Positions 53,913 through 63,493 of a stretch of DNA of 64,000 nucleotides are shown piece after piece. The stretch spans positions 96,001 through 160,000 of the forward strand of contig JBFWNL010000005.1 in NCBI GenBank assembly GCA_050251055.1. Reading direction: 5' to 3'. The DNA comes from Bacteriovoracia bacterium. Its GTDB lineage: Bacteria > Bdellovibrionota > UBA1018 > JBFWNL01. Within the stretch, counting starts at the first letter, position 1; the number at the start of each line of letters is the position of its first letter. The translations under genes and the position numbers were made by a program. The notes beneath the pieces were generated by a model. It did not search any database. It worked only from the letters and a program-made list of their open reading frames with translations, and was not told where the DNA came from.

Positions 53913-55433
53913 ATGACCAAGCTAAAACCGACTGAACATGTCGGTTGGGCTATCTTCTGGATAACGCTGGCGCTCCGGGTGTTTTGGGCCTGGCGGATTC
54001 CGCTCACCGGTGACGAAGCCTACTACGTGACTTGGGGCTTAACCCCCGCCCTCGGGTATTACGATCACCCTCCCATGGTGGGGTGGTGGCTGGCGGCGCT
54101 CGTTCCGTTTTCTTTGCATGCGCTTTGGCTTCGCTTGCCCGCAGTGTTCCTGTTCCCGGTGATCGCCCTTTGGGCGCGGCGCGAACAAGGGCGCTGGGAT
54201 GCGGCGGCGCTTCTTTGGGTAATAGTGCCGCTGGACCTCTTCATGTTCGCCATGGTCCCGGACGCGCCGCTCGTATTATTTCTTGCCGCATTTTTTGGGA
54301 TCTGGACTCAGGGACGAACGCGGGCGTCCGCGGTTACCGCGGGCATTTGCCTGGGGGGTGCGCTGCTCTCGAAGTACTTCGCCTGGTTTCTCTTGCCGAT
54401 CCTGGGGGCGACTCTGATTTTGCCCGCGCTCGGTCGACGCATGCAGCAGGCCCGGTTGGGTGAACTACGGGGTTTGCCCGATCCCCGCCGCACGGCTTTG
54501 ACATTTCTCGCGGCCGCACCGGCGATGTTCTTTCATTTGGGCTGGAACTCCGCTCATTGCTGGGTGAATTGGGAGTTCAACGCGCATACGCGGCTGCGCG
54601 TGGCGCAGGCAGCGAGTATCGGTGAACGTCTCACGCAGGTTGGGGTAGGGGTGTTTTGGGCCGCGCTGTTCCTATGGCCTTTTGTACCCGCCTTGCGCAA
54701 GCATTGGCGAGAGAGCGCCCATCTGTGGACGGTGGCGCTCGCGGGCTTTGCGCTCGTGATCGCGTCCACCTGGAAAAACCCGGTCAGCATTCACTATTAT
54801 CTCCCTTATCTGGTACCGTTGCTGGTCTGGATGGGACGTCTCCCGCGTAGCGCGGATTTTTCGGGAGATCGCGCGGCGGCCTGGGCGTTGGCTGGCAATG
54901 GTTTGATGTCGGGTGTGCTCGCGCTGGGCGTGACGGGTGTGCTGCTCCTGCCGATGGACACCTGGAAAGACTATCGAATTCATCGAAGCCTGGTACTGTT
55001 CGCCGGGGCGCCGGCGCTCGCACGCCAGATTGAAAGTCGTGCGCGAGACCTGGGAGGGGAGTGGATTTGGGCGTCCGATGGGTACACGAGTAGCGCCATG
55101 CTGGAGGCCGCGCGCGGGCGCGACGTGGTGGTGTTGGGGTGGCACTCGCACTGGGGACGCCAAGACGATTACCGTACGGACTTTCGACGACTGGACGGAA
55201 AGTCCTTTTTAATTTTCTCCCAGCATGTGGCCGCAGGCTCTCCCTACGGAGCGTATTTCCAAGACGTGAAGCAGGAAACGATCACGTTGCAGGGCCAGAC
55301 GTTTTACCTTTGGGTGGGAAAGGGATTTCGCTTCGCCGATTACGCGCGCGAAGTGATGAGCATCGATCGTCGCTCCGGGCTGCTGCTCCCCTGCGCCCGT
55401 ACGGCCTTGCCAGACGCGGTAGATTCCCGGTAA
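53913..55433 (+). CDS. GT-C family glycosyltransferase (PMT/ArnT-like, GT39/83)
   Basis: DEAYY, GYYDHPPM, PDAPL, LSKY; multiple TM segments. Confidence 0.85.
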   Translation: MTKLKPTEHVGWAIFWITLALRVFWAWRIPLTGDEAYYVTWGLTPALGYYDHPPMVGWWLAALVPFSLHALWLRLPAVFLFPVIALWARREQGRWDAAALLWVIVPLDLFMFAMVPDAPLVLFLAAFFGIWTQGRTRASAVTAGICLGGALLSKYFAWFLLPILGATLILPALGRRMQQARLGELRGLPDPRRTALTFLAAAPAMFFHLGWNSAHCWVNWEFNAHTRLRVAQAASIGERLTQVGVGVFWAALFLWPFVPALRKHWRESAHLWTVALAGFALVIASTWKNPVSIHYYLPYLVPLLVWMGRLPRSADFSGDRAAAWALAGNGLMSGVLALGVTGVLLLPMDTWKDYRIHRSLVLFAGAPALARQIESRARDLGGEWIWASDGYTSSAMLEAARGRDVVVLGWHSHWGRQDDYRTDFRRLDGKSFLIFSQHVAAGSPYGAYFQDVKQETITLQGQTFYLWVGKGFRFADYAREVMSIDRRSGLLLPCARTALPDAVDSR

Positions 55434-55445
55434 AGACAAAACTCC

Positions 55446-57404
55446 ATGCTGCAACTCCGCGATCTTAGCAAGCGCTTCGGGTCCAAGGTTCTCTTCGAGG
55501 GGGCCGAGCTGAATCTAGGCCACCGCTCCCGCGTGGCGCTGATTGGTCCCAACGGCGCCGGCAAAAGCACGCTCATTCGCATGATCCTGGGTCTGGAAGA
55601 CCCGGACACGGGCGTGGTCGCGCGCGCGAATCACCTGGCCATCGGACATCTGCCGCAGGAGCTGCCGCGGATGGAGAGTGATACGGTGCTGGGCGAAGTC
55701 CTGCGTTTGGACGGGAGAACGCAAGATTTGGCGGCGGCGAAGCGGGAGCTCGAGGAGAAGTTTTCGGCTGCCGGAGCGGAACCTAGCGAGGCGGACCTCG
55801 AGCGCTACGGGCGAGTACTCGAGGAGATCGAGGGGCTGGACGAAGCCCGGCGGGAGGCGAAGGCGAAGTCCATTTTGAGCGGAATGGGATTCGCCGCGAA
55901 GGATTACGGAAGGAAGCTCACGGAGTTCAGCGGCGGCTGGCTCATGCGCGTGGCGCTTTCCCGGATCCTGCTCATGGATCCCGATCTGCTTCTGCTCGAC
56001 GAGCCCACCAACCACTTGGATTTGGAATCACTCCTGTGGCTCGAGAATTTCTTGCAGCGCCATCGTGGCGCGCTCTTCATGGTGAGTCACGATACGGCGT
56101 TCCTCAATAAGCTCGTGACGGAGGTCATGGAGATCGATCAGAAACGCCTTTGGGTGTATCGCGGCAATCTCGATTCTTATGTCGTGCAAAAAGAAGAACG
56201 GCTGAAGGTGTTGCGCGCGCAGTACGCGGGTCAGCAGGCGAAGATCGCCGAAATCGAAGCATTCGTCGCACGCTTCGGGGCCAAGGCCACGAAGGCGAGC
56301 CAGGCGCAGAGCCGTCTCAAGCAGCTCGAGAAAATGGAGCGGATCGAACTACCCGATGAGCAAGCGACCGTGCGCTTCCGTTTCCCGCCCGCTCCCCATA
56401 GCGGTAAGGAAGTTCTCACCGTGAAGCAGGGGCAGGTGCGCTTCGGGGAAAAGGTGGTGTTTCGCGACCTCAACTGGACGGTCCCGCGGGGCTCGCGCAC
56501 CGCGATCGTCGGGGTGAATGGGGCGGGAAAGACCACCTTGCTGAAATTACTCGCGCAGATCTTGCCGCCGTCGGAAGGCACGGTGAAGTTGGGGCACGAG
56601 GTGAAGGTGGGCTACTACGCCCAGCTGCAGGCCGAAACCCTGAATCCCGCGCACACGGTGGTGCAGGAGCTCGAGACGGTCGTGAAGGACCTGCCGGTGA
56701 GCCGGGTGCGGGCGATCGCGGGCGCGTTTCTTTTTTCGGGCGATGCGGCGGACAAGAAGTGTTCGGTGCTCTCGGGCGGTGAGCGCGCGCGCGTCGCCTT
56801 GGCGAAGCTCTTGCTTTCGCCGTCGAACTTCCTCTTGCTGGACGAACCTACGAACCACTTGGATGTGCAATCCCGCGGCGTGCTGGCCGAAGCGCTGGCA
56901 GATTACACGGGAACGCTTTGTCTGGTGTCCCACGATCGGGCCTTTATGGCGCCGCTCGTGGACCGGGTCTTGGAGATCGTACCGGCTCCCGGCGGTTCGC
57001 AAGTGCATTTTCTTTTGGATAGCTACGAAGACTATTTGGCGCGCAAGGTCCGCGAGCTGGCGGAACAGGGCGACGCCTTGGCCGCCGATGCGTCGGATGG
57101 GCGGGCCAGCGTTCGCGCGGAAAAGGGGACGGAGGAGAGGGGGGCTAAGTCCACCCGGACCGGCCCTTCCAACAACCAGATTCAAGCCTGGCGCCGGGAA
57201 CGTGAGAAGCTCGAAGCCGAGATCACGGCCACGGAAAAGGATCAAGCGGCGGTGCGTGAACAGGCGGCCGATCCCGCCGCCTACGAAGATAAGACGAAGG
57301 CCTTGGCGCTGATCGAAAAGCAGCGCGAGATTGAATCGAAGCTGCATTCTCTCCTCTCCCGCTGGGAAGAAGTCTGTACGCAGCTCGAGGCCGCCGGGAA
57401 GTAG
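55446..57404 (+). CDS. ABC-F family ATPase (YheS/Uup-like)
   Basis: Two NBDs (GPNGAGKS/FSGGW and GVNGAGKT/LSGGE, DEPTNHLD twice); no TM segments; C-terminal coiled coil. Confidence 0.94.
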   Translation: MLQLRDLSKRFGSKVLFEGAELNLGHRSRVALIGPNGAGKSTLIRMILGLEDPDTGVVARANHLAIGHLPQELPRMESDTVLGEVLRLDGRTQDLAAAKRELEEKFSAAGAEPSEADLERYGRVLEEIEGLDEARREAKAKSILSGMGFAAKDYGRKLTEFSGGWLMRVALSRILLMDPDLLLLDEPTNHLDLESLLWLENFLQRHRGALFMVSHDTAFLNKLVTEVMEIDQKRLWVYRGNLDSYVVQKEERLKVLRAQYAGQQAKIAEIEAFVARFGAKATKASQAQSRLKQLEKMERIELPDEQATVRFRFPPAPHSGKEVLTVKQGQVRFGEKVVFRDLNWTVPRGSRTAIVGVNGAGKTTLLKLLAQILPPSEGTVKLGHEVKVGYYAQLQAETLNPAHTVVQELETVVKDLPVSRVRAIAGAFLFSGDAADKKCSVLSGGERARVALAKLLLSPSNFLLLDEPTNHLDVQSRGVLAEALADYTGTLCLVSHDRAFMAPLVDRVLEIVPAPGGSQVHFLLDSYEDYLARKVRELAEQGDALAADASDGRASVRAEKGTEERGAKSTRTGPSNNQIQAWRREREKLEAEITATEKDQAAVREQAADPAAYEDKTKALALIEKQREIESKLHSLLSRWEEVCTQLEAAGK

Positions 57405-57418
57405 CTCGGATCGGCGGG

Positions 57419-57841
57419 TTATTGATTGCCGAAGATCACGCGGTCGGCCGAAAAGCGTCCTGGGCCACCGACCAAGAACAGCATCGACACCGCGAAATAC
57501 ACGGAGGCGAGTTCATAGGAGCCGCCGCGACCGACGAAGGGATCGCCCCGCATGATGTGCGTCGAAGCCGCCACCGTCATCGTGCAAAGCAGGCCGAACG
57601 ACGCCACCGGCACGAAGAGTCCGATGGCGAGCAGGAAGCCGCCGCCAAATTCGGAGAGCGCAGCTAACGCCTGCAGAATCGCGGGCATGTTGGCGTCCGG
57701 GCCCATCCAGCTCAACGGATTTTGGATCTTGCCCCAGCCGTGGAACATGAAGGCGATGCCGGTGATCACGCGTAGGATCAGTAACGCGATAGAAGGAACG
57801 ATCGGAGAGTGGGGGACGCGCAGGTATTTCGCTAGGGCCAT
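57419..57841 (-). CDS. DoxX-family membrane protein
   Basis: LRV...FMFHGWGK, EFGGG, YELA, GPGRFSAD. Confidence 0.9.
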   Translation of the reverse strand: MALAKYLRVPHSPIVPSIALLILRVITGIAFMFHGWGKIQNPLSWMGPDANMPAILQALAALSEFGGGFLLAIGLFVPVASFGLLCTMTVAASTHIMRGDPFVGRGGSYELASVYFAVSMLFLVGGPGRFSADRVIFGNQ

Positions 57842-57852
57842 TTTTTCCTCAT

Positions 57853-57885
57853 AAAAAAACCGACCACCCGTACGGGCATGGCCGG
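57853..57885 (-). terminator. Intrinsic terminator after the Spy/CpxP-like gene
   Basis: Minus strand CCGGCCA..CCCG-TA-CGGG TGGTCGG followed by TTTTTTT. Confidence 0.65.
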
Positions 57886-57922
57886 TCGATAAATTTCGAT
57901 GAACTTCAGTAAAGCGGGCCGA

Positions 57923-58351
57923 CTATTCGCGGACGCATTCCATGAAGACTTCGTTGAATACTTCGCGTTGCTCCTTGGAGAGCAGATTAATCACGCCGAC
58001 TTGAGCGTCACGGATCGCGCCATGCACGGGAGCCCCGGCTTCCATGAGGCCTTTTTCTGCGGCAATCACGGCGTCGCGCGAGATGGGGTGGGCTTTCCAG
58101 GCCACCATCATGCCCTTCATGGCTTTCTGGATGGCTTCCTTGTTCTTCTTCATCACGTCACGGGCGCCCGCGATGATTTCGCCGGCTTTATTGTTTTGCT
58201 CGTCGGAGGTGTCCGCGGCTTTCCAAGCTTCGTGCATGCATTCGTGCACCTTGCCGGCGCCGTTTTCCTTCAGGTCGGCGAAGTCCACGGTTTCGGCGAA
58301 CGCCGCGGAAGAGATCAAGAGTACGGCCAAAGAGCTCATTGCTTTTAACAT
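57923..58351 (-). CDS. Periplasmic Spy/CpxP-like helical protein
   Basis: Signal peptide; TSDEQ and LSKEQR (LTxxQ-like) motifs; Met-rich. Confidence 0.68.
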   Translation of the reverse strand: MLKAMSSLAVLLISSAAFAETVDFADLKENGAGKVHECMHEAWKAADTSDEQNNKAGEIIAGARDVMKKNKEAIQKAMKGMMVAWKAHPISRDAVIAAEKGLMEAGAPVHGAIRDAQVGVINLLSKEQREVFNEVFMECVRE

Positions 58352-58457
58352 CGTTCATTCCCCCTTTTAGGTTGGCCTGGAGTGTACCCCCCGTATTTGG
58401 GAGGGACAAGGCGAATTTCCGATTGCGCGTTGCAGCTGGTTACGTCACACTCACCAG

Positions 58458-59318
58458 GTGGCGTCCCCGCGCGATTTTGACGCGAAGTTTGGCCGTGAGT
58501 TCATCGATACTCTCCCGCGCACTCCGGGGGTCTACCGGATTTTCGACGCCGGTTCCCAGTTAATCTATATCGGTAAAGCGAAAAACCTGCGGCGGCGTCT
58601 CGCTCAGTACCGGAAACCTAAACGGGTGAAGCGTCATGCGAAAATGCGGGCGGTGATTACTGATGCCGCCCGGATCGAGATCGAGACCTGTCCGACGGAA
58701 CTCGCCGCGCTTTTGCTGGAAACCCAGTTGATCCAAGCGCATCGGCCCAAATGGAACGTCGCGGGGGCTTTTTACTTTCTTTATCCCTTGGTTGGCTGGC
58801 AGCGCTTGCCAAATGGCGATGTTTTGCTGGGATACACCACCTCGCCCGATGAGGTCGCCGCTGCGTGCCCGGGCATTTCGTTTCACGGCGCCTTCCGTTC
58901 GCGCCAGCGCACGCGCGAGGCGTTCTTTGCCTTGAGTCGGCTACTCGAGTATATCGGCCATCGCGAAATTCCTTCGCTGGCTTTACCCAAATACACGCAC
59001 GTCTACCGGTTTCGTAAACTGCCCGAGGCCGGTGATTGGGCCGGGCAGTGGGACGCTTTTTTCCGCGGCGATTCGATGCAGGCGTTAAAGGAGCTATCCT
59101 TGGCCTTAGTGGAGAAACCGGCGGCCCGCCGGGACAGTGGCGAAGTGCAGGACCATCTTCGGGCGATTGCCCGTTTTTGGCGACATGAAGTGCAGCTTTT
59201 GAGGCAAACGCGCGATCGAATCCAGGAAATGGCGTATCCGATCCCACAAAAACGCCGGGATGCACTTTTTTTAGAAGCGCGGTTTCGCGAGCGAGCCCCC
59301 GAGGTTCAGGCTCCGTGA
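58458..59318 (+). CDS. Stand-alone GIY-YIG nuclease (UvrC N-terminal/Cho-like)
   Basis: PGVY...IYIGKAKNLRRRL...ALLLETQLI...PKWN. Confidence 0.87.
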   Translation: MASPRDFDAKFGREFIDTLPRTPGVYRIFDAGSQLIYIGKAKNLRRRLAQYRKPKRVKRHAKMRAVITDAARIEIETCPTELAALLLETQLIQAHRPKWNVAGAFYFLYPLVGWQRLPNGDVLLGYTTSPDEVAAACPGISFHGAFRSRQRTREAFFALSRLLEYIGHREIPSLALPKYTHVYRFRKLPEAGDWAGQWDAFFRGDSMQALKELSLALVEKPAARRDSGEVQDHLRAIARFWRHEVQLLRQTRDRIQEMAYPIPQKRRDALFLEARFRERAPEVQAP

Positions 59319-60064
59319 CCGGAGCTGCCCAGCTTGGCTTGGCGTCGGAACTCCCCGAACAATCCCATGAAACGTGAGAAGACTTCGGTACTGAGCTCGA
59401 GGGAGCGCGCGATATGCCGCTCGGTATCTTGGCGAATCTGATCGGCCGAGTAGGCGTTGCCGGGTTCGGCGAGCTCCCTTTGATTGCCGGGGACCTGCAA
59501 CCAACGCTCGATCATGGGTTGATCCACTTCGAGATGAAATTGCAGACCGTAAACTTTTTCTCCGTATCGGAAGGCCTGGCTCGCACATCCGGAGGTGAAG
59601 GCCAGGTGGCGGGCGTCCCGGGGGACGTCAAAGGTGTCGCCGTGCCATTGAAAGATCATCTCACGTGGTCGGCAGCCCGCGAATAGGGGGTCGGCTTGTC
59701 CCTCCTGGGTAAGGGACACCTCGTACCAACCAATCTCCCGTCGTTCGTGCTTGCGCGCCGTCGCGCCCAATACTTGCGCGAGCAGTTGGGAGCCGAGGCA
59801 AATTCCCAATATCGGAATCCCCAGCTTGAGGGCTTGCTCGATGCCGCGCATTTCCTCGCGAAGGTGGGGGTAGTGGTCAGCTTCGTAAACCCCCATCGGA
59901 CCCCCGAGTATAATGAGTCCATTGTATCCTTCTAGCTCGGGCTTCAGCCCGCCGTCCCGCCCGAAGTTCAGGTATCGAATCTTGAAACCCGCTTTTTTGA
60001 GGAGCGGGTTCAAGGTGCCCAGTGGTTCGTGGGCCACGTGTTGGAAGATCATCATGTTACGCAT
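59306..60064 (-). CDS. Class I glutamine amidotransferase-like protein
   Basis: GGPM, GICLGSQL, WHGDTF, QFHLE. Confidence 0.92.
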   Translation of the reverse strand: MRNMMIFQHVAHEPLGTLNPLLKKAGFKIRYLNFGRDGGLKPELEGYNGLIILGGPMGVYEADHYPHLREEMRGIEQALKLGIPILGICLGSQLLAQVLGATARKHERREIGWYEVSLTQEGQADPLFAGCRPREMIFQWHGDTFDVPRDARHLAFTSGCASQAFRYGEKVYGLQFHLEVDQPMIERWLQVPGNQRELAEPGNAYSADQIRQDTERHIARSLELSTEVFSRFMGLFGEFRRQAKLGSSGHGA

Positions 60065-60104
60065 AGGGTGTTCCTCGACCGGAACTCACCCAGTGTAACA
60101 CGGC

Positions 60105-61976
60105 CTATTGGGCGTTGAGAATCGAGTAGCTTCCGCCCGGATTGCCCAGGAGAGGCGTGAAAATATTCTGGATGGCCATGATCGATCCGCGAACCAAGAC
60201 GATGGAAGCCGAAGGCCCGTGCGCGCCCGAGCCGCCCCGGCCGCCGTTTCCACCGCTACCGCCCTTACCGCCGTTTCCTCCCGCACCGGATTTCGAGCAG
60301 CCATTCTTTTGCCCGCCCTTGCCACCATTTCCGCCGGATCCACCGGCGCCGCCTGAACCGCCCATGCCACCGGCGCCCCCGCCGGCGGCGATGAGAGAGT
60401 TATTCTGGAGGAGCGTGCCGCTGGACTCGTAGATGAACACCGCGAATGAGCCTCCTCCGCCTTGTCCACCGGTGCCGCCTTGTCCACCGGTGCCGCCCGC
60501 GCCGCCCCCGCCGCCACTCCCGCCCGCGGTCTCCGAACAGCCAAAAAAGCACTCACGGGTTCCGCCCCCGCCGCCCCCGCCACCACCACCGGCGCCCGTA
60601 TTTCCGGTCTCGCCCGACTTTCCAGCCGCACTTACCCAAAAGCCTTCCACGCTTCCGCCGCCGTTTCCGTTCGAGCCATCGGTACCCGTCAGCGCCGCCG
60701 GAGCGTTCGCGCCGTTTGCGCCGGATTTTGCGTTGGAGCCGTCGGTGGAGCTTTGGCCACCGAGACCGCCGAGTATACCTTGCGCGCTCGCCGCACCACT
60801 GCGTCCAGCAGTCGCTCCCAGGCCGGAGTCGCCACCTCGTCCGCCGTACGTGAGTGCGACGGCGCCGACGCCACCGCTACCCCCGGCACTCGGATATTGG
60901 GGGTTTGGATTTGAGCACACTGCGTCTCGACCGCTTACGCCGTATCCTCCTGGCGTACCCTGCGGACCCGAGGTTCCCGCGGTCCCGGGGGCACCGTATT
61001 TTGCTTGGATGACGTTATCGCGTAGGGCTAGAGCCGGGCAGTGGATGCAGTAAACGCCGTAGCTAGAGCCGGCGAGCTGCGAGGCCTGCGGTCCCACGAT
61101 GGTGAATCGTTGGACCTGAGTGCTCTGAGAGATGTTTGCCGCGACGAGCGCTACTTGGTTGCCACCGAGGTCCGCGGCCGCGCTGGGCTGGATCGTAGTC
61201 GTGTGCGTGGCGGAACGTTGCCATTGCGCAGCGGCGTCGTACCCACCGAAAAGCGAGATCCCGTTTACGAGTTCCACGCGCTCGGCATAAGTTCCTCGGC
61301 TGACGTAAACTTCCCGGCGTCCCAGTGCCTGTGCGCGCGTAATGCCGTAGCGGATGGTTTTCGTGGGTTGGCTCATCGTGCCGCTGGTCGCTGCATCTGT
61401 ACCGCTGACGATGTCCACGAATACTCCAGCACTGCGCGTACCGTCGATGCCGTCACAGTTCGTGTCCTGGAAAGCCGTATCAGGCGAATCGGCGGGGGAG
61501 GTGATGTGACATTCGCAACCATCGGCGTCGTCTCCATTCAGATCCACGGTGTCGGGCGAGCACGCCTTACGGATAAATGTAACCGAGAGCACTTCGTCTT
61601 GGCTTAGGTTCAACCGGCAAACGGTGCTTTCGCCGCGAACTTCCACTACGCATGCGGCAGGCCACTGGGCTTCCCAGTGGGCGTTGATTGGCTGGGCCGT
61701 GACCACGATCTCGGTTCCTTCTTCCAGGGAAGCCTCACAGGCTCCCGGGCAGTCGAGCTCCATGTCCGGGTCTTCCGCCCGCAGGGAGCCTTGTTCGGGG
61801 TTGGTGATTTCTAGGCTGAGAGAATGAAGGATGACGGGAACCAGAGTAGTCGTCGGGGTAGGGGTGGGGTCGACCTCGGGGGTGCCGGCGTTTAGGCGAA
61901 CTTGTTGCTCGCATCCCCACATTGCCGCCAGGCTCATCACCATCATCAATGCCCAGAAACGATTCGTGACTTTCAT
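60105..61976 (-). CDS. Gly-rich (PGRS-like) lipoprotein with a DUF1565/beta-helix-like domain
   Basis: MWGC lipobox; Cys-containing beta module; DLNGDDADGCEC and DTNCDGIDG; VFVD..GT..P.KTI..GI...GTY.E; long GGxGGxGG runs. Confidence 0.78.
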   Translation of the reverse strand: MKVTNRFWALMMVMSLAAMWGCEQQVRLNAGTPEVDPTPTPTTTLVPVILHSLSLEITNPEQGSLRAEDPDMELDCPGACEASLEEGTEIVVTAQPINAHWEAQWPAACVVEVRGESTVCRLNLSQDEVLSVTFIRKACSPDTVDLNGDDADGCECHITSPADSPDTAFQDTNCDGIDGTRSAGVFVDIVSGTDAATSGTMSQPTKTIRYGITRAQALGRREVYVSRGTYAERVELVNGISLFGGYDAAAQWQRSATHTTTIQPSAAADLGGNQVALVAANISQSTQVQRFTIVGPQASQLAGSSYGVYCIHCPALALRDNVIQAKYGAPGTAGTSGPQGTPGGYGVSGRDAVCSNPNPQYPSAGGSGGVGAVALTYGGRGGDSGLGATAGRSGAASAQGILGGLGGQSSTDGSNAKSGANGANAPAALTGTDGSNGNGGGSVEGFWVSAAGKSGETGNTGAGGGGGGGGGGTRECFFGCSETAGGSGGGGGAGGTGGQGGTGGQGGGGSFAVFIYESSGTLLQNNSLIAAGGGAGGMGGSGGAGGSGGNGGKGGQKNGCSKSGAGGNGGKGGSGGNGGRGGSGAHGPSASIVLVRGSIMAIQNIFTPLLGNPGGSYSILNAQ

Positions 61977-62004
61977 GTGTTCCTCCGCTGTCCCCCTGAT
62001 TTAA

Positions 62005-62020
62005 AGCAGTGCTTGAGCCA
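62005..62020 (-). promoter_or_regulatory. Possible sigma54 promoter of the Gly-rich lipoprotein
   Basis: Minus strand TGGCTCAAGCACTGCT (GG-N10-GC), about 28 nt before the ATG. Confidence 0.45.
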
Positions 62021-62122
62021 GAAAAAAATAAAGCAATATCAATATGTTATGATCTTAGGTGAAAGCGATTTCCTAGGTGATTTTGGACCCGCCTGGGTTT
62101 TCCTGACACTCTCCCGTGCGCC

Positions 62123-62779
62123 TTAGTTTCCGCAAACGGTGGCGCGAAAGGCGAAGTCATAGGTGGTGTATTCCGCGAACCAACCCAAGCTCCCCGTCCC
62201 AAGCTTCACTTTTTCGTTCACTAGGCCGTTGCTTTGGTCACGGTAGATTCGAATCATTTCCCCGAAGTGATCCATGGACACCACCCACCAATACTTTTGG
62301 CCGGCTAGGACCTCGTAGGGCGACGAAAAAACGTAGGCGTCCCAGTTGGCGGGGGCGGCGAGGCTGCCAATGGCCTGTACCGCTGGGTTGACTCCGTCGG
62401 AGATCGCGAGGACGCCGGAGCAGGGGTTCCCTCCGCAGTCGCCGGTTAATCGCAAGGTGAGGGGAGCCGAAAGCGTGGCCCCTTGGAGCTGCACGAGTTT
62501 CAATTCGATTTGGGAAAGTGAGCCCGTGACGGAAGGAGTGAAACTCTGCGCCCAAAGCTCGGGGACATCGCCTCCGCTCCAGTGGGCGCTCGCTTCGATC
62601 GGGGAGTTCGTCGTTGTGGTTTGCTCAAAGTTGATTGCGCAGCCCACGGCGGTTGATGGAGGGAGGCCTCCAGCCGGCGTGTTACTCACGGGATTTTCTT
62701 CGGTATCTTGACCCCGAAAGAGTTTGCAGGATTGAAGCGCGGCGAGAATCGCCAGCGCAGCGAGAAATCGAATCGGCAA
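62123..62779 (-). CDS. Lipoprotein with a jelly-roll-like domain
   Basis: LQSC lipobox; WAQSFTP...G.LSQI.L and LAGQKYWWV pattern. Confidence 0.65.
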   Translation of the reverse strand: MPIRFLAALAILAALQSCKLFRGQDTEENPVSNTPAGGLPPSTAVGCAINFEQTTTTNSPIEASAHWSGGDVPELWAQSFTPSVTGSLSQIELKLVQLQGATLSAPLTLRLTGDCGGNPCSGVLAISDGVNPAVQAIGSLAAPANWDAYVFSSPYEVLAGQKYWWVVSMDHFGEMIRIYRDQSNGLVNEKVKLGTGSLGWFAEYTTYDFAFRATVCGN

Positions 62780-62909
62780 GAGGCCCCCTTTTTCTAGCGA
62801 GCCACTCCTTCCACACCTACTGCTAGTTTAGAGGGAGGGATCAGAAGATGTCAACGCGGCAAGTCAATGACGGCTTGCCTCAAGCCGGGGGTGGCTATAT
62901 AAGAGCAGC

Positions 62910-63470
62910 ATGCTTAGGGTGGTTTTTTCGCTGATCGTCGGAGCCTGGGGGCTAGGGGCGTTGCCCGCCCACGCGGCAATCGAACCGGCGCTCGCGGGAC
63001 AAGATTTGCTTTCGGATCGTCCGGTCGTCATGCCGCTCACGGACGCGAAAGGCGCGACCGTCGTTGTCTTCCTTTCCTCCCGCTGCCCTTGTTCCATGAG
63101 CCACGAACCCGCGCTGCGTGATCTGCACGCGCAGTTTGCAAGCCAGGGGATTCGCTTCGTCGGCGTGCACTCCAACGTAGATGAGACGCCCGCGGAGTCC
63201 GCCCGGCACTTTCGGGAGGCTCGCGTACCGTTTCCCGTCTTGCAGGACGAAGCTGCGCAGATCGCCAACCGCTTTGGCGCTTTGAAGACGCCGCACGTTT
63301 TTGTCTGGGCGGGAGGAAAGCTCGTTTACCAGGGAGGCGTCGATGACAGCCGCGTGGCGGCTTCGGCGAAGCACCACTACTTAAGAGAAGCTTTGACTGC
63401 GATCGTCGCCGGAGAGCCCCCTCCGCGCGGGGATTCGCGCACTTTGGGCTGTGTGATCCGCCGTCCTTAG
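62910..63470 (+). CDS. Exported thioredoxin-fold redoxin (AhpC/TSA-like)
   Basis: VVVFLSSRCPCS, FVGVHSN, KTPHVFV, YQGGVDD, C-terminal GCVI. Confidence 0.85.
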   Translation: MLRVVFSLIVGAWGLGALPAHAAIEPALAGQDLLSDRPVVMPLTDAKGATVVVFLSSRCPCSMSHEPALRDLHAQFASQGIRFVGVHSNVDETPAESARHFREARVPFPVLQDEAAQIANRFGALKTPHVFVWAGGKLVYQGGVDDSRVAASAKHHYLREALTAIVAGEPPPRGDSRTLGCVIRRP

Positions 63471-63493
63471 GTACGAAATTGAAGGAGAGAACG

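Noticed and set aside
58458-59318. GIY-YIG protein as a homing endonuclease or mobile element
   Set aside because: The motif context is UvrC-like, with no intron, interrupted gene or terminal repeats.
60105-61000. Mycobacterial PE-PGRS gene transfer
   Set aside because: There is no PE domain; the similarity is only low-complexity Gly repeats.
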